Shown here in pieces: positions 46,858 through 59,106 of a stretch of DNA of 64,000 bases. The DNA comes from Escherichia coli. Its GTDB lineage: Bacteria > Pseudomonadota > Gammaproteobacteria > Enterobacterales > Enterobacteriaceae. Both the position numbers and the translations under genes were made by a program. The stretch lies in assembly GCF_003334765.1 (NCBI RefSeq), contig NZ_QOWT01000020.1, one strand, 5' to 3'. The first letter of the stretch is position 1. Every line of letters starts with the position of its first letter. The notes below the pieces were generated by a model. That model was not told where the DNA came from, made no database searches, and saw only the letters and a program-made list of their open reading frames with translations.

Positions 46858-48759
46858 ATGAAACTACAGAACTCTTTTCGCGACTATACGGCAGAGTCCG
46901 CGCTGTTTGTGCGCCGGGCGCTGGTCGCCTTTTTGGGGATTTTGCTGCTGACCGGCGTGCTTATCGCCAACCTGTATAATCTGCAAATTGTTCGCTTTAC
47001 CGACTACCAGACCCGCTCTAATGAAAACCGCATTAAGCTGGTGCCTATCGCGCCCAGCCGCGGCATTATCTACGATCGTAACGGTATCCCTCTGGCCCTC
47101 AACCGCACTATCTACCAGATAGAAATGATGCCGGAGAAAGTCGATAACGTGCAGCAAACGCTGGACGCTTTGCGCAGCGTGGTAGATCTGACCGATGACG
47201 ATATTGCTGCATTCCGAAAAGAGCGCGCACGTTCACACCGTTTCACCTCTATTCCGGTGAAAACTAACCTGACCGAAGTACAAGTAGCTCGCTTTGCCGT
47301 CAATCAGTACCGTTTTCCGGGTGTCGAAGTTAAAGGCTATAAACGTCGTTACTATCCTTACGGTTCGGCGTTGACCCACGTCATCGGCTATGTGTCGAAA
47401 ATCAACGATAAAGACGTCGAACGCCTGAATAATGACGGCAAACTGGCCAACTATGCGGCAACGCATGATATCGGTAAGCTGGGCATTGAGCGTTACTATG
47501 AAGATGTGCTGCACGGTCAGACCGGTTATGAAGAGGTTGAAGTTAACAACCGTGGGCGTGTTATTCGCCAGTTAAAAGAAGTACCACCGCAAGCCGGACA
47601 CGATATTTACCTGACGCTGGATCTCAAACTCCAGCAATATATTGAAACGCTGCTGGCGGGTAGCCGCGCAGCTGTGGTAGTCACCGATCCGCGTACAGGT
47701 GGGGTGCTGGCGCTGGTTTCCACGCCTAGTTATGACCCAAACTTGTTTGTTGACGGTATCTCCAGCAAAGATTATTCCGCCTTGTTGAACGATCCGAATA
47801 CACCGCTGGTGAACCGCGCCACACAGGGGGTTTATCCTCCCGCGTCTACAGTTAAACCCTATGTGGCGGTTTCGGCATTGAGCGCCGGGGTGATCACGCG
47901 CAATACGACGCTGTTTGACCCAGGCTGGTGGCAACTGCCAGGTTCGGAAAAACGTTATCGTGACTGGAAAAAATGGGGCCACGGGCGTCTGAATGTCACA
48001 AGATCGCTGGAAGAATCTGCGGATACCTTCTTCTATCAGGTGGCCTACGATATGGGGATCGATCGCCTCTCCGAATGGATGGGTAAATTCGGTTATGGTC
48101 ATTACACCGGTATCGACCTGGCGGAAGAACGTTCCGGCAACATGCCTACCCGCGAATGGAAACAGAAACGCTTTAAAAAACCGTGGTATCAGGGTGACAC
48201 CATTCCGGTTGGTATCGGTCAGGGTTACTGGACAGCGACCCCAATCCAGATGAGTAAGGCACTGATGATCCTGATTAATGACGGTATCGTGAAGGTTCCT
48301 CATTTGCTGATGAGCACCGCCGAAGACGGCAAACAGGAGCCATGGGTACAGCCGCATGAACCGCCCGTCGGCGATATTCATTCCGGTTACTGGGAGCTGG
48401 CGAAAGACGGTATGTACGGTGTTGCTAACCGCCCTAACGGTACGGCGCATAAATACTTTGCTAGCGCACCGTACAAAATTGCGGCGAAATCCGGTACCGC
48501 TCAGGTCTTCGGTCTGAAAGCGAACGAAACCTATAATGCGCACAAAATTGCCGAGCGTTTACGTGACCACAAACTGATGACCGCCTTTGCGCCATACAAC
48601 AATCCGCAAGTGGCTGTCGCCATGATTCTGGAGAACGGTGGTGCGGGTCCGGCGGTTGGTACACTGATGCGCCAGATCCTCGACCACATTATGCTGGGTG
48701 ATAACAACACCGATCTGCCTGCGGAAAATCCAGCGGTTGCCGCAGCGGAGGACCATTAA
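46858..48759 (+). CDS. mrdA: penicillin-binding protein 2
   Basis: 633-aa ORF with STVK (active-site Ser), SxD and KSGT motifs. Confidence 0.97.
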   Translation: MKLQNSFRDYTAESALFVRRALVAFLGILLLTGVLIANLYNLQIVRFTDYQTRSNENRIKLVPIAPSRGIIYDRNGIPLALNRTIYQIEMMPEKVDNVQQTLDALRSVVDLTDDDIAAFRKERARSHRFTSIPVKTNLTEVQVARFAVNQYRFPGVEVKGYKRRYYPYGSALTHVIGYVSKINDKDVERLNNDGKLANYAATHDIGKLGIERYYEDVLHGQTGYEEVEVNNRGRVIRQLKEVPPQAGHDIYLTLDLKLQQYIETLLAGSRAAVVVTDPRTGGVLALVSTPSYDPNLFVDGISSKDYSALLNDPNTPLVNRATQGVYPPASTVKPYVAVSALSAGVITRNTTLFDPGWWQLPGSEKRYRDWKKWGHGRLNVTRSLEESADTFFYQVAYDMGIDRLSEWMGKFGYGHYTGIDLAEERSGNMPTREWKQKRFKKPWYQGDTIPVGIGQGYWTATPIQMSKALMILINDGIVKVPHLLMSTAEDGKQEPWVQPHEPPVGDIHSGYWELAKDGMYGVANRPNGTAHKYFASAPYKIAAKSGTAQVFGLKANETYNAHKIAERLRDHKLMTAFAPYNNPQVAVAMILENGGAGPAVGTLMRQILDHIMLGDNNTDLPAENPAVAAAEDH

Positions 48760-48761
48760 TC

Positions 48762-49874
48762 ATGACGGATAATCCGAATAAAAAAACATTCTGGGATAAA
48801 GTCCATCTCGATCCCACAATGCTGCTGATCTTACTGGCATTGCTGGTTTACAGCGCCCTGGTTATCTGGAGCGCCAGCGGTCAGGATATTGGCATGATGG
48901 AGCGTAAAATCGGCCAAATCGCGATGGGTCTGGTCATCATGGTGGTGATGGCGCAAATTCCTCCACGCGTTTATGAAGGCTGGGCCCCCTATCTCTATAT
49001 CATCTGTATTATTTTGCTGGTGGCGGTAGATGCTTTCGGTGCCATCTCTAAAGGTGCTCAACGCTGGCTGGACCTCGGTATTGTTCGTTTTCAGCCGTCG
49101 GAAATTGCCAAAATAGCCGTACCACTGATGGTTGCGCGCTTTATCAACCGCGACGTTTGCCCGCCATCGTTGAAGAACACTGGCATCGCGCTGGTGCTGA
49201 TATTTATGCCCACGCTGCTGGTGGCTGCACAGCCTGACCTGGGAACATCAATCCTCGTTGCGCTTTCCGGTCTGTTTGTACTGTTCCTCTCTGGCCTTAG
49301 CTGGCGTCTGATTGGCGTCGCAGTAGTGCTGGTAGCGGCGTTCATTCCGATTCTGTGGTTCTTCCTGATGCATGATTACCAGCGCCAGCGCGTAATGATG
49401 CTCCTGGACCCGGAATCAGACCCACTCGGCGCGGGCTATCACATTATTCAGTCTAAAATTGCTATTGGCTCCGGCGGATTACGCGGCAAAGGCTGGCTGC
49501 ACGGCACTCAGTCACAGCTTGAATTTCTCCCCGAACGCCATACTGACTTTATCTTCGCGGTACTGGCGGAAGAGCTGGGATTAGTGGGCATTCTGATTCT
49601 GCTCGCTCTCTACATTCTGCTGATCATGCGCGGGCTGTGGATAGCCGCCAGAGCGCAAACCACCTTTGGTCGCGTCATGGCTGGCGGCTTAATGCTGATA
49701 TTATTCGTTTATGTCTTCGTAAATATTGGTATGGTAAGCGGTATTCTGCCGGTTGTAGGGGTTCCGCTCCCACTGGTCAGTTATGGAGGATCGGCGCTAA
49801 TTGTGCTGATGGCTGGGTTCGGGATTGTAATGTCAATCCACACCCACAGGAAAATGTTGTCGAAAAGCGTGTAA
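48762..49874 (+). CDS. mrdB: SEDS peptidoglycan glycosyltransferase RodA
   Basis: 370-aa polytopic membrane ORF. Confidence 0.97.
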   Translation: MTDNPNKKTFWDKVHLDPTMLLILLALLVYSALVIWSASGQDIGMMERKIGQIAMGLVIMVVMAQIPPRVYEGWAPYLYIICIILLVAVDAFGAISKGAQRWLDLGIVRFQPSEIAKIAVPLMVARFINRDVCPPSLKNTGIALVLIFMPTLLVAAQPDLGTSILVALSGLFVLFLSGLSWRLIGVAVVLVAAFIPILWFFLMHDYQRQRVMMLLDPESDPLGAGYHIIQSKIAIGSGGLRGKGWLHGTQSQLEFLPERHTDFIFAVLAEELGLVGILILLALYILLIMRGLWIAARAQTTFGRVMAGGLMLILFVYVFVNIGMVSGILPVVGVPLPLVSYGGSALIVLMAGFGIVMSIHTHRKMLSKSV

Positions 49875-49884
49875 GAGGTGCGCA

Positions 49885-50973
49885 ATGCGTAAGCAGTGGC
49901 TCGGGATCTGCATCGCGGCAGGAATGCTCGCGGCATGTACAAGCGATGATGGTCAGCAACAGACGGTAAGTGTACCGCAGCCTGCGGTATGTAACGGCCC
50001 TATAGTTGAAATTAGCGGGGCGGACCCGCGTTTCGAACCACTGAACGCGACGGCAAATCAGGATTACCAGCGCGACGGTAAAAGCTACAAAATCGTGCAG
50101 GATCCGTCTCGATTTAGCCAGGCGGGACTGGCGGCAATCTATGATGCCGAACCCGGCAGTAACCTGACGGCCTCTGGCGAAGCATTCGATCCGACACAGC
50201 TGACGGCAGCCCATCCAACGCTTCCGATCCCCAGCTACGCCAGAATCACTAACCTGGCTAACGGGCGAATGATCGTGGTGCGCATTAATGATCGCGGCCC
50301 TTACGGCAACGACCGCGTTATTTCACTTTCTCGCGCGGCAGCTGACCGTCTTAACACGTCAAACAACACCAAAGTTCGTATCGATCCGATTATTGTTGCC
50401 CAGGATGGTTCGCTTTCTGGTCCTGGTATGGCTTGTACCACAGTCGCCAAACAGACTTACGCCCTGCCTGCACCTCCCGATTTAAGCGGTGGCGCGGGAA
50501 CAAGTTCAGTGTCTGGCCCGCAGGGTGACATTCTTCCGGTCAGTAATTCGACGCTAAAAAGCGAAGATCCGACCGGCGCGCCGGTAACCAGTAGCGGTTT
50601 CCTCGGCGCACCAACGACCTTAGCGCCTGGTGTACTGGAAGGCAGCGAACCGACGCCTGCGCCACAGCCCGTTGTTACAGCTCCGTCGACAACGCCTGCA
50701 ACCTCGCCTGCAATGGTGACACCGCAAGCCGTCTCGCAAAGCGCCAGCGGCAACTTTATGGTGCAAGTCGGGGCCGTAAGCGATCAGGCTCGTGCGCAAC
50801 AGTACCAACAGCAACTGGGACAGAAGTTCGGCGTCCCCGGTCGCGTAACTCAAAATGGCGCGGTCTGGCGGATCCAGCTTGGCCCATTCGCCAGCAAAGC
50901 CGAAGCCAGTACCTTGCAGCAACGTTTGCAAACCGAAGCCCAATTACAGTCATTTATTACTACCGCGCAGTAG
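49885..50973 (+). CDS. rlpA: septal lytic transglycosylase lipoprotein RlpA
   Basis: 362-aa ORF with lipobox MLAAC, DPBB domain and C-terminal SPOR domain. Confidence 0.95.
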   Translation: MRKQWLGICIAAGMLAACTSDDGQQQTVSVPQPAVCNGPIVEISGADPRFEPLNATANQDYQRDGKSYKIVQDPSRFSQAGLAAIYDAEPGSNLTASGEAFDPTQLTAAHPTLPIPSYARITNLANGRMIVVRINDRGPYGNDRVISLSRAAADRLNTSNNTKVRIDPIIVAQDGSLSGPGMACTTVAKQTYALPAPPDLSGGAGTSSVSGPQGDILPVSNSTLKSEDPTGAPVTSSGFLGAPTTLAPGVLEGSEPTPAPQPVVTAPSTTPATSPAMVTPQAVSQSASGNFMVQVGAVSDQARAQQYQQQLGQKFGVPGRVTQNGAVWRIQLGPFASKAEASTLQQRLQTEAQLQSFITTAQ

Positions 50974-51111
50974 CGTAAAGCAGGCATCTGATGTGTCAAT
51001 TTCTGTAAATGACGTTAACAAAGTCACGCGGAAAGTCAGATGCCTGCCGGTAGTGCATTTGCTATAGTAGGGCACTTTTTTAATTCCATCACGGATGTCG
51101 TAGTTCAGACC

Positions 51112-52323
51112 ATGAATACCATTTTTTCCGCTCGTATCATGAAGCGCCTGGCGCTCACCACGGCTCTTTGCACAGCCTTTATCTCTGCTGCACATGCCGA
51201 TGACCTGAATATCAAAACTATGATCCCGGGTGTACCGCAGATCGATGCGGAGTCCTACATCCTGATTGACTATAACTCCGGCAAAGTGCTCGCCGAACAG
51301 AACGCAGATGTCCGCCGCGATCCTGCCAGCCTGACCAAAATGATGACCAGTTACGTTATCGGCCAGGCAATGAAAGCCGGTAAATTTAAAGAAACTGATT
51401 TAGTCACTATCGGCAACGACGCATGGGCCACCGGTAACCCGGTGTTTAAAGGTTCTTCGCTGATGTTCCTCAAACCGGGCATGCAGGTTCCGGTTTCTCA
51501 GCTGATCCGCGGTATTAACCTGCAATCGGGTAACGATGCTTGTGTCGCCATGGCCGATTTTGCCGCTGGTAGCCAGGACGCTTTTGTTGGCTTGATGAAC
51601 AGCTACGTTAACGCACTGGGCCTGAAAAATACCCACTTCCAGACGGTACATGGTCTGGATGCTGATGGTCAGTACAGCTCCGCGCGAGATATGGCGCTGA
51701 TCGGCCAGGCATTGATCCGTGACGTACCGAATGAATACTCGATCTATAAAGAAAAAGAATTTACGTTTAACGGTATTCGCCAGCTGAACCGTAACGGCCT
51801 GTTATGGGATAACAGCCTGAATGTCGACGGCATCAAAACCGGACACACTGACAAAGCAGGTTACAACCTTGTTGCTTCTGCGACTGAAGGCCAGATGCGC
51901 TTGATTTCTGCGGTAATGGGCGGACGTACTTTTAAAGGCCGTGAAGCCGAAAGTAAAAAACTGCTAACCTGGGGCTTCCGTTTCTTTGAAACCGTTAACC
52001 CACTGAAAGTAGGTAAAGAGTTCGCCTCTGAACCGGTTTGGTTTGGTGATTCTGATCGCGCTTCGTTAGGGGTTGATAAAGACGTGTACCTGACCATTCC
52101 GCGTGGTCGCATGAAAGATCTGAAAGCCAGCTATGTGCTGAACAGCAGTGAATTGCATGCGCCGCTGCAAAAGAATCAGGTCGTCGGAACTATCAACTTC
52201 CAGCTTGATGGCAAAACGATCGAGCAACGCCCGCTGGTTGTGTTGCAAGAAATCCCGGAAGGTAACTTCTTCGGCAAAATCATTGATTACATTAAATTAA
52301 TGTTCCATCACTGGTTTGGTTAA
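51112..52323 (+). CDS. dacA: D-alanyl-D-alanine carboxypeptidase PBP5
   Basis: ORF 51040..52323; internal start [17 protein letters not shown] gives 403 aa; SxxK (SLTK), SGN and KTG motifs. Confidence 0.95.
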
Positions 52324-52380
52324 AAATTAAACACTTGAAAGTGTAATTTCCGTCCCCATATACTAAGCATCAGTAAAAAA

Positions 52381-52410
52381 CTCCCGCCTTCTGGCGGGAG
52401 TTGCTATTTA
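52381..52410 (+). terminator. probable dacA terminator
   Basis: CTCCCGCC-TTCT-GGCGGGAG followed by TTGCTATTT. Confidence 0.5.
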
Positions 52411-52432
52411 ATTACGTTACGCCGGAGCTGAC

Positions 52433-52696
52433 ATGAAAACCAAACTTAACGAACTGCTTGAATTCCCTACTCCTTTTACTTACAAAGTTATGGGGCAGGC
52501 GTTACCTGAGCTGGTTGATCAGGTGGTTGAAGTGGTACAGCGCCATGCGCCAGGTGACTACACCCCAACGGTAAAACCAAGCAGCAAAGGCAACTACCAC
52601 TCGGTATCTATCACTATCAACGCCACTCATATCGAGCAGGTTGAAACACTGTATGAAGAACTGGGCAAAATCGATATTGTCCGCATGGTTCTGTAA
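52433..52696 (+). CDS. ybeD: UPF0250 protein YbeD
   Basis: 87-aa [24 protein letters not shown]. Confidence 0.9.
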
Positions 52697-52796
52697 CTCG
52701 CTTCTCCGTTACCCGGCTCCTGGTCGGGTAACTCCCCTCTCCTCGCTGTGATATACTTTTCCCCCACTTTTACTCATTCTCCACGGAGATGCCGTT

Positions 52797-53438
52797 TTGT
52801 ATCAGGATAAAATTCTTGTCCGCCAGCTCGGTCTTCAGCCTTACGAGCCAATCTCCCAGGCTATGCATGAATTCACCGATACCCGCGATGATAGTACCCT
52901 TGATGAAATCTGGCTGGTCGAGCACTATCCGGTATTCACCCAAGGTCAGGCAGGAAAAGCGGAGCACATTTTAATGCCGGGTGATATTCCGGTGATCCAG
53001 AGCGATCGCGGTGGGCAGGTGACTTATCACGGGCCGGGGCAACAGGTGATGTATGTGTTGCTTAACCTGAAACGCCGTAAACTCGGTGTGCGTGAACTGG
53101 TGACCTTGCTTGAGCAAACAGTGGTGAATACCCTGGCTGAACTGGGTATAGAAGCGCATCCTCGGGCTGACGCGCCAGGTGTCTATGTTGGGGAAAAGAA
53201 AATTTGCTCACTGGGTTTACGTATTCGACGCGGTTGTTCATTCCACGGTCTGGCATTAAACGTCAATATGGATCTTTCACCATTTTTACGTATTAATCCT
53301 TGTGGGTATGCCGGAATGGAAATGGCTAAAATATCACAATGGAAACCCGAAGCGACGACTAATAATATTGCTCCACGTTTACTGGAAAATATTTTAGCGC
53401 TACTAAACAATCCGGACTTCGAATATATTACCGCTTAA
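52797..53438 (+). CDS. lipB: octanoyl-ACP:protein octanoyltransferase
   Basis: 213-aa [21 protein letters not shown]. Confidence 0.95.
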
Positions 53439-53696
53439 TTCCATACATCAATGGCCCAATTTACACTGGGTCATTACTCATAATATCTGCTAATGCTTTA
53501 CATCTCCTTCGCGTTTGTATATTTTCTTTATCACTTGCAGAAATGCGGTGCCACGCCTTGCTCCGTAACTCACCCCATTGATTAACCTATTGAAATAGTT
53601 GATTATGGTGAGCAAAAGCGTTCCGTTCCAATTAGACATAAGATTATTGTAATTTTTTAAATATTATTTTTCCATGAATAAAATTGGAGTAAGTGC

Positions 53697-54650
53697 GTGG
53701 ATAGTAATAATCAAATTGAACCCTGTTTAAGCAGAAAGTCGTCAGAAGGTAAACCACAAATATTTACAACCTTACGAAATATTGATCTTAACCTTCTGAC
53801 TATTTTTGAAGCTGTATATGTACATAAAGGGATCGTTAATGCAGCGAAAGTGCTTAATCTGACCCCCTCGGCAATCAGTCAGTCTATTCAGAAACTGCGC
53901 GTTATATTCCCTGACCCATTGTTTATTCGCAAAGGCCAGGGTGTCACTCCTACCGCATTTGCGATGCATCTACATGAGTATATCAGTCAGGGCCTTGAGT
54001 CCATTCTTGGCGCGCTGGATATCGAAGGAAGCTATGATAAGCAACGAACGATAACTATTGCGACCACTCCCTCGGTCGGAGCACTGGTCCTTCCTGTCAT
54101 CTATCGGGCGATTAAAACTCACTATCCGCAGCTTTTACTGCGCAACCCGCCCATCAGCGACGCGGAAAACCAACTCAGTCAGTTTCAAACCGATCTCATC
54201 ATCGATAACATGTTTTGCACCAATCGTACGGTGCAACATCATGTTCTGTTCACCGACAATATGGTGTTAATTTGCCGCGAGGGAAATCCACTACTCTCTT
54301 TAGAAGATGACAGAGAGACTATCGACAACGCTGCGCATGTACTTCTGTTACCGGAAGAGCAAAATTTCAGCGGTCTGCGGCAGAGAGTTCAAGAAATGTT
54401 TCCGGACCGGCAAATCAATTTCACCAGCTACAACATTTTGACAATCGCTGCACTGGTTGCCAACAGTGACATGTTAGCGATTATTCCCAGCCGTTTTTAT
54501 AACCTGTTTAGCCGCTGCTGGCCGCTGGAAAAACTGCCTTTTCCGTCCTTAAATGAGGAGCAAATAGATTTCTCTATCCACTACAACAAATTCAGCCTGC
54601 GTGATCCCATCCTGCACGGAGTAATAGATGTTATCCGTAATGCATTTTGA
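53697..54650 (+). CDS. ybeF: LysR-family transcriptional regulator YbeF
   Basis: 317-aa ORF with GTG start and N-terminal HTH. Confidence 0.85.
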   Translation: MDSNNQIEPCLSRKSSEGKPQIFTTLRNIDLNLLTIFEAVYVHKGIVNAAKVLNLTPSAISQSIQKLRVIFPDPLFIRKGQGVTPTAFAMHLHEYISQGLESILGALDIEGSYDKQRTITIATTPSVGALVLPVIYRAIKTHYPQLLLRNPPISDAENQLSQFQTDLIIDNMFCTNRTVQHHVLFTDNMVLICREGNPLLSLEDDRETIDNAAHVLLLPEEQNFSGLRQRVQEMFPDRQINFTSYNILTIAALVANSDMLAIIPSRFYNLFSRCWPLEKLPFPSLNEEQIDFSIHYNKFSLRDPILHGVIDVIRNAF

Positions 54651-54858
54651 AAAAGTATTGTTACAGCCAGATCACAGCGCAGAACGATAAAATGGCACAA
54701 TCCAACAACAATTTTACATTTTCGCGACCGCTTTGGCTGCTTTCAGGTCCGTTTCAATGATATACTGCCAGTCGTTAATTCAAAAATAGTTGATAATTAC
54801 AACAATCTATTGAATTGAAACGCTTTCCTTCGTAATTCGCAACTGGAACACGCACGCT

Positions 54859-55824
54859 ATGAGTAAACCCATTGTGATGGAACGCGGTGTTAAATACCGC
54901 GATGCCGATAAGATGGCCCTTATCCCGGTTAAAAACGTGGCAACAGAGCGCGAAGCCCTGCTGCGCAAGCCGGAATGGATGAAAATCAAGCTTCCAGCGG
55001 ACTCTACACGTATCCAGGGCATCAAAGCCGCAATGCGCAAAAATGGCCTGCATTCTGTCTGCGAGGAAGCCTCCTGCCCTAACCTGGCGGAATGCTTCAA
55101 CCACGGCACAGCAACGTTTATGATCCTCGGCGCTATTTGTACCCGCCGTTGTCCGTTCTGTGATGTTGCCCACGGTCGCCCGGTAGCTCCTGATGCCAAT
55201 GAACCAGTGAAACTGGCTCAGACCATTGCCGATATGGCGCTGCGTTATGTGGTTATCACCTCCGTTGACCGTGATGACCTGCGCGATGGCGGTGCCCAGC
55301 ACTTTGCGGATTGCATTACTGCCATTCGGGAAAAAAGCCCGCAAATCAAAATTGAAACTCTGGTGCCGGATTTCCGCGGTCGTATGGATCGTGCTCTGGA
55401 TATTCTGACTGCAACGCCACCAGATGTGTTCAACCATAACCTGGAAAACGTACCGCGTATTTACCGTCAGGTACGGCCTGGTGCAGATTACAACTGGTCG
55501 CTGAAGCTGCTGGAACGCTTTAAAGAAGCGCATCCGGAAATCCCGACCAAGTCTGGTCTGATGGTGGGACTGGGTGAAACCAATGAAGAAATTATTGAGG
55601 TAATGCGCGACCTGCGCCGTCATGGTGTGACGATGTTAACGCTGGGGCAATATTTGCAGCCAAGCCGCCATCACCTGCCGGTTCAACGTTACGTTAGCCC
55701 GGATGAGTTCGACGAAATGAAAGCCGAAGCGCTGGCGATGGGCTTTACCCATGCTGCATGCGGTCCGTTTGTCCGCTCTTCTTACCACGCCGATTTGCAG
55801 GCGAAAGGGATGGAAGTTAAGTAA
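54859..55824 (+). CDS. lipA: lipoyl synthase (radical SAM)
   Basis: 321-aa ORF with CPNLAEC and CTRRCPFC cysteine clusters. Confidence 0.97.
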
Positions 55825-55854
55825 TCCTGTAATAATTACTTACATCTGTCTGAT

Positions 55855-55885
55855 AAAAAACCCGCTTTTTGAAGCGGGTTTTTTG
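55855..55885. terminator. bidirectional intrinsic terminator between lipA and tatE
   Basis: AAAAAACCCGCTTTTTGAAGCGGGTTTTTTG. Confidence 0.8.
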
Positions 55886-55924
55886 TATCGAACAAGATAT
55901 TGAGGGAGCGTCCTGCTCGCCACG

Positions 55925-56128
55925 TCACTCTTTATGAGAGAGCTTTTCAGCCTGAAGATCAACGTCTGCGCCTTTTTTCGCCGCAGCATCGTCATCATTC
56001 ATCGCCTTCTTGAACCCTTTAATGGCCGCTCCAAGGTCTCCGCCCAGCGTACGTAACTTCTTAGTCCCAAACAGCAGAACGACCAGCGCCGCAACTACCA
56101 GCAGTTTGGTAATACTAATCTCACCCAT
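55925..56128 (-). CDS. tatE: twin-arginine translocase subunit TatE
   Basis: 67-aa [46 protein letters not shown]. Confidence 0.95.
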   Translation of the reverse strand: MGEISITKLLVVAALVVLLFGTKKLRTLGGDLGAAIKGFKKAMNDDDAAAKKGADVDLQAEKLSHKE

Positions 56129-56256
56129 AGATACCTTCTTGACATATAACCGGCAACAGAACGCGCCTTAAAAACCAGAGAATATTAACGGTCATTCGAC
56201 GCGCGCACACAATAGCAATCTGTAACAAGGTGAATCAAGCGCCGAGTAAAAAAACA

Positions 56257-57050
56257 TCATAATAATTGCGGCGGCGCAAAGCGACGGTTGTTTAAGACGG
56301 GCAGTTGCGCGCGCACCTGACGCACACGTTCGGGCGTCACTTCCGCCATAATGAGTGCAGGCATTTCTGACGCTGCCGCAATGGTGACGCCAAAGGGATC
56401 TATAATCCGGCTTTGACCGATATTTTTGTTCCCGCACTCCCCCGCCGCCACCATATAACAGGTGGTATCCAGCGCACGAGCGGCAAGCAACGTTGACCAG
56501 TGATGCTCTTTGAGCGGCCCGCGAACCCAGGCGGCAGGAAGTACCAGGATTTCAGCTCCCTGTAATGCCTGTGCCAGCGCCAGCTCTGGAAAGCGTAAGT
56601 CATAACAGGTCATCAGACCGACCTTCATCCCTTCCACCTCCAGTAACGGAGCGATTTCATTACCAGCATCAACACGGCGTGATTCCTGAATGGCAAATGC
56701 ATCATAGAGATGCAGTTTGGCATAACGGGCGACGATGTTTCCTGCCTGAAGTGCCACCAGCATATTCCATGCGCGCCCCGGCGTTGAAGGAACATGAATC
56801 GTCAGAATTGTCGTCATCATGTTACGTTTACTTTCTCGCCGTAAAGTCCGAGGAATTCGCCTTCCAGCAGCTGTGCTGATTTAACCGATAGATCTGCATC
56901 ATGATCATCGCGCGCCAGCAATGCTTCCGGCAGGACAAACAGCGATACGTCGTTTTCCGCCGCCTGCGCCATCAACGAGGCACAAATCTCAGCGTTCTTT
57001 TCCCACACAGATGTAACAGCAAACTGTCCTGCGGCAACCAGCATTGCCAC
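56257..57050 (-). pseudogene. ybeM: C-N hydrolase (nitrilase-superfamily) gene ybeM, split by a frameshift
   Basis: Two minus-strand ORFs in different frames overlap by 4 nt (56817..57050, 77 aa; 56257..56820, 187 aa); Lys and Cys candidates (…YAKLHLYD…, …[12 protein letters not shown]…) lie in the downstream piece. Confidence 0.75.
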
Positions 57051-57136
57051 CTCCTGTCAGAGTCGTAAAATTCGCCAACGACGATTATTCGGCGTTACAC
57101 TTATCACTCATACAAATCAAATAGCAGGATTTTGCA

Positions 57137-57520
57137 GTGTTACAACTTCTTTTAGCAGTTTTTATTGGCGGTGGTACGGGAAGCGTGGCGAGATGGCTGT
57201 TAAGTATGCGATTTAACCCACTGCATCAGGCGATTCCGTTGGGGACGCTGACAGCAAACCTGATTGGGGCATTCATCATAGGAATAGGATTCGCATGGTT
57301 CAGCAGGATGACGAACATTGATCCAGTGTGGAAAGTATTAATCACCACCGGATTTTGTGGCGGTCTAACAACCTTCTCAACATTTTCGGCAGAAGTGGTG
57401 TTTTTGTTACAAGAGGGCCGCTTTGGCTGGGCATTACTGAACGTTTTCGTCAACCTTCTGGGGTCTTTTGCCATGACCGCACTGGCATTCTGGCTGTTTT
57501 TGGCCTCAACCGCACACTAA
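57137..57520 (+). CDS. crcB: fluoride exporter CrcB (Fluc)
   Basis: 127-aa ORF with GTG start, four TM segments, [12 protein letters not shown] motif. Confidence 0.93.
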   Translation: MLQLLLAVFIGGGTGSVARWLLSMRFNPLHQAIPLGTLTANLIGAFIIGIGFAWFSRMTNIDPVWKVLITTGFCGGLTTFSTFSAEVVFLLQEGRFGWALLNVFVNLLGSFAMTALAFWLFLASTAH

Positions 57521-57525
57521 AGACC

Positions 57526-57555
57526 AAAAAAAACCCGCTGATTAAGCGGGTTTTG
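57526..57555. terminator. bidirectional intrinsic terminator between crcB and cspE
   Basis: AAAAAAAACCCGCTGATTAAGCGGGTTTTG. Confidence 0.8.
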
Positions 57556-57573
57556 AATTCTTGCTGACGTATC

Positions 57574-57783
57574 TTACAGAGCGATTACGTTTGCAGCAGA
57601 AGGGCCTTTGGCACCGTTAGTGATTTCGAACTCTACGCGCTGACCTTCAGCAAGAGTTTTAAAACCATTAGTCTGGATTGCAGAGAAGTGTACGAACACG
57701 TCTTTGCTGCCGTCTTCCGGAGTAATGAAACCGAATCCTTTGGACTCATTAAACCACTTAACGTTACCTTTAATCTTAGACAT
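57574..57783 (-). CDS. cspE: cold-shock-domain protein CspE
   Basis: ORF 57574..57813; internal start [20 protein letters not shown] gives 69 aa. Confidence 0.95.
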
Positions 57784-57957
57784 CAAAATTACCTTTACAT
57801 GAAAAATAGACACAAATGCTGTGTCGGTTACCAGTACACCAATTGTGGTACGCTTTGTCCAGTGTAACTTTACTAAAAAGTGATAAAAGTCGCGTTATTT
57901 TTGATGTTACTTATTTTAGCTATTGATTTTAAAGAAGTTACTAAAACTTCATTTGTC

Positions 57958-58518
57958 TCAAAACTGAAAGCGCATCCAGGCAAAGTACACATTGCCATTG
58001 TTGTAGGTACCCGGAATGTAGGTCATCTGAAAAGTCACTGGGCCATAACCCACGGAGGCCAATGGCAGTAGAACCGGGAGAGGGATGTAATTCCAGTTAT
58101 CGCGTGCCGTTACGCCAGCGGTGAATCCCAGACCTAAATGAAAATTTTCATCCGCCAGCGGTCGCCAGGTACTTTCCCATCCGTATCCGGCAATCGGTTC
58201 CCATTTGTTCCACGAGTCCTTAAATGCCATGGCATACAGGCCATGCCAGTTTCCTTTTTCATCCCAACGCGACAGGCCAAAACCGCCACCCCACGGTCGC
58301 TCGTTATAGCGATCGGTTTTTTCTTTGTCGTAAGCGAAACGTGCATGCCAGGTGATGGCAGGAATATATAAATCATAATGTTCAGGCTGTTGCCAGGTTT
58401 GTGCAATATTTTCTCTAAACGTTGTCATCCACTCATCTGCGTTAGCAAAAACTTTACCAACGCTGATTAACTGAATAAAAACAAAGGAAAAGATAGCGAC
58501 ATATTTACTCACGTTCAT
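57958..58518 (-). CDS. pagP: lipid A palmitoyltransferase PagP (CrcA)
   Basis: ORF 57958..58542; internal start [25 protein letters not shown] (signal peptide) gives 186 aa. Confidence 0.93.
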   Translation of the reverse strand: MNVSKYVAIFSFVFIQLISVGKVFANADEWMTTFRENIAQTWQQPEHYDLYIPAITWHARFAYDKEKTDRYNERPWGGGFGLSRWDEKGNWHGLYAMAFKDSWNKWEPIAGYGWESTWRPLADENFHLGLGFTAGVTARDNWNYIPLPVLLPLASVGYGPVTFQMTYIPGTYNNGNVYFAWMRFQF

Positions 58519-59003
58519 TTGTGACCATAAAACATTTATCAAAAATCTACTACTAGCATAGCAAAGCTACAATTAACATAACCTTAATAGACCCAACATA
58601 AAGAATAATCTGAATAGCTGCTCTATTTATTTCCGCTTGTTCAAGTTAAATATTTCCGCGCATCGATTAAAGATGATGCGTCGTTTTCTGCGATGGGAAT
58701 AGTCAAAAAAGAAAAACCAAGTCTTTTTTGATGACAAAATGCAATCAAGGAAAAATTATTTTATTTTTTAACGAGATACAACAATCATCTTAACGAAGTA
58801 TATAATATATATCGTCAACCTATGCTCATATTAGATTATTTTTTGAGCGCACAGCCGCAGCTAACACCATTGCAATTAACAAATTTGCATCAATCCACCA
58901 TCAATTTGCACACATTATTATGTGATAATTGCCAACCGCTAAATATGCGTTTTGTTATCTATGTATAAAAACAGCAACTTCAATGTCTTAATGGCAGTTT
59001 TTA

Positions 59004-59017
59004 TTGATTTTAATCAG
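59004..59017. promoter_or_regulatory. FNR-type site about 90-100 bp upstream of dcuC
   Basis: TTGAT-TTTA-ATCAG matches TTGAT-N4-ATCAA at 9 of 10 positions; dcuC is reported as anaerobically induced. Confidence 0.4.
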
Positions 59018-59106
59018 CATTCATCGCCAATTTATTGGGCATATTTTTTCCTTAAGCTTTAGGAATTTTTTATTATTTACTTTGGGGCCTGGAGACAGGA
59101 AAAATT

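Noticed and set aside
57051-57136. Fluoride riboswitch in the crcB leader
   Set aside because: The 86-nt leader is short and I could not recognise the conserved crcB-motif stems or pseudoknot; a covariance-model search would settle it.
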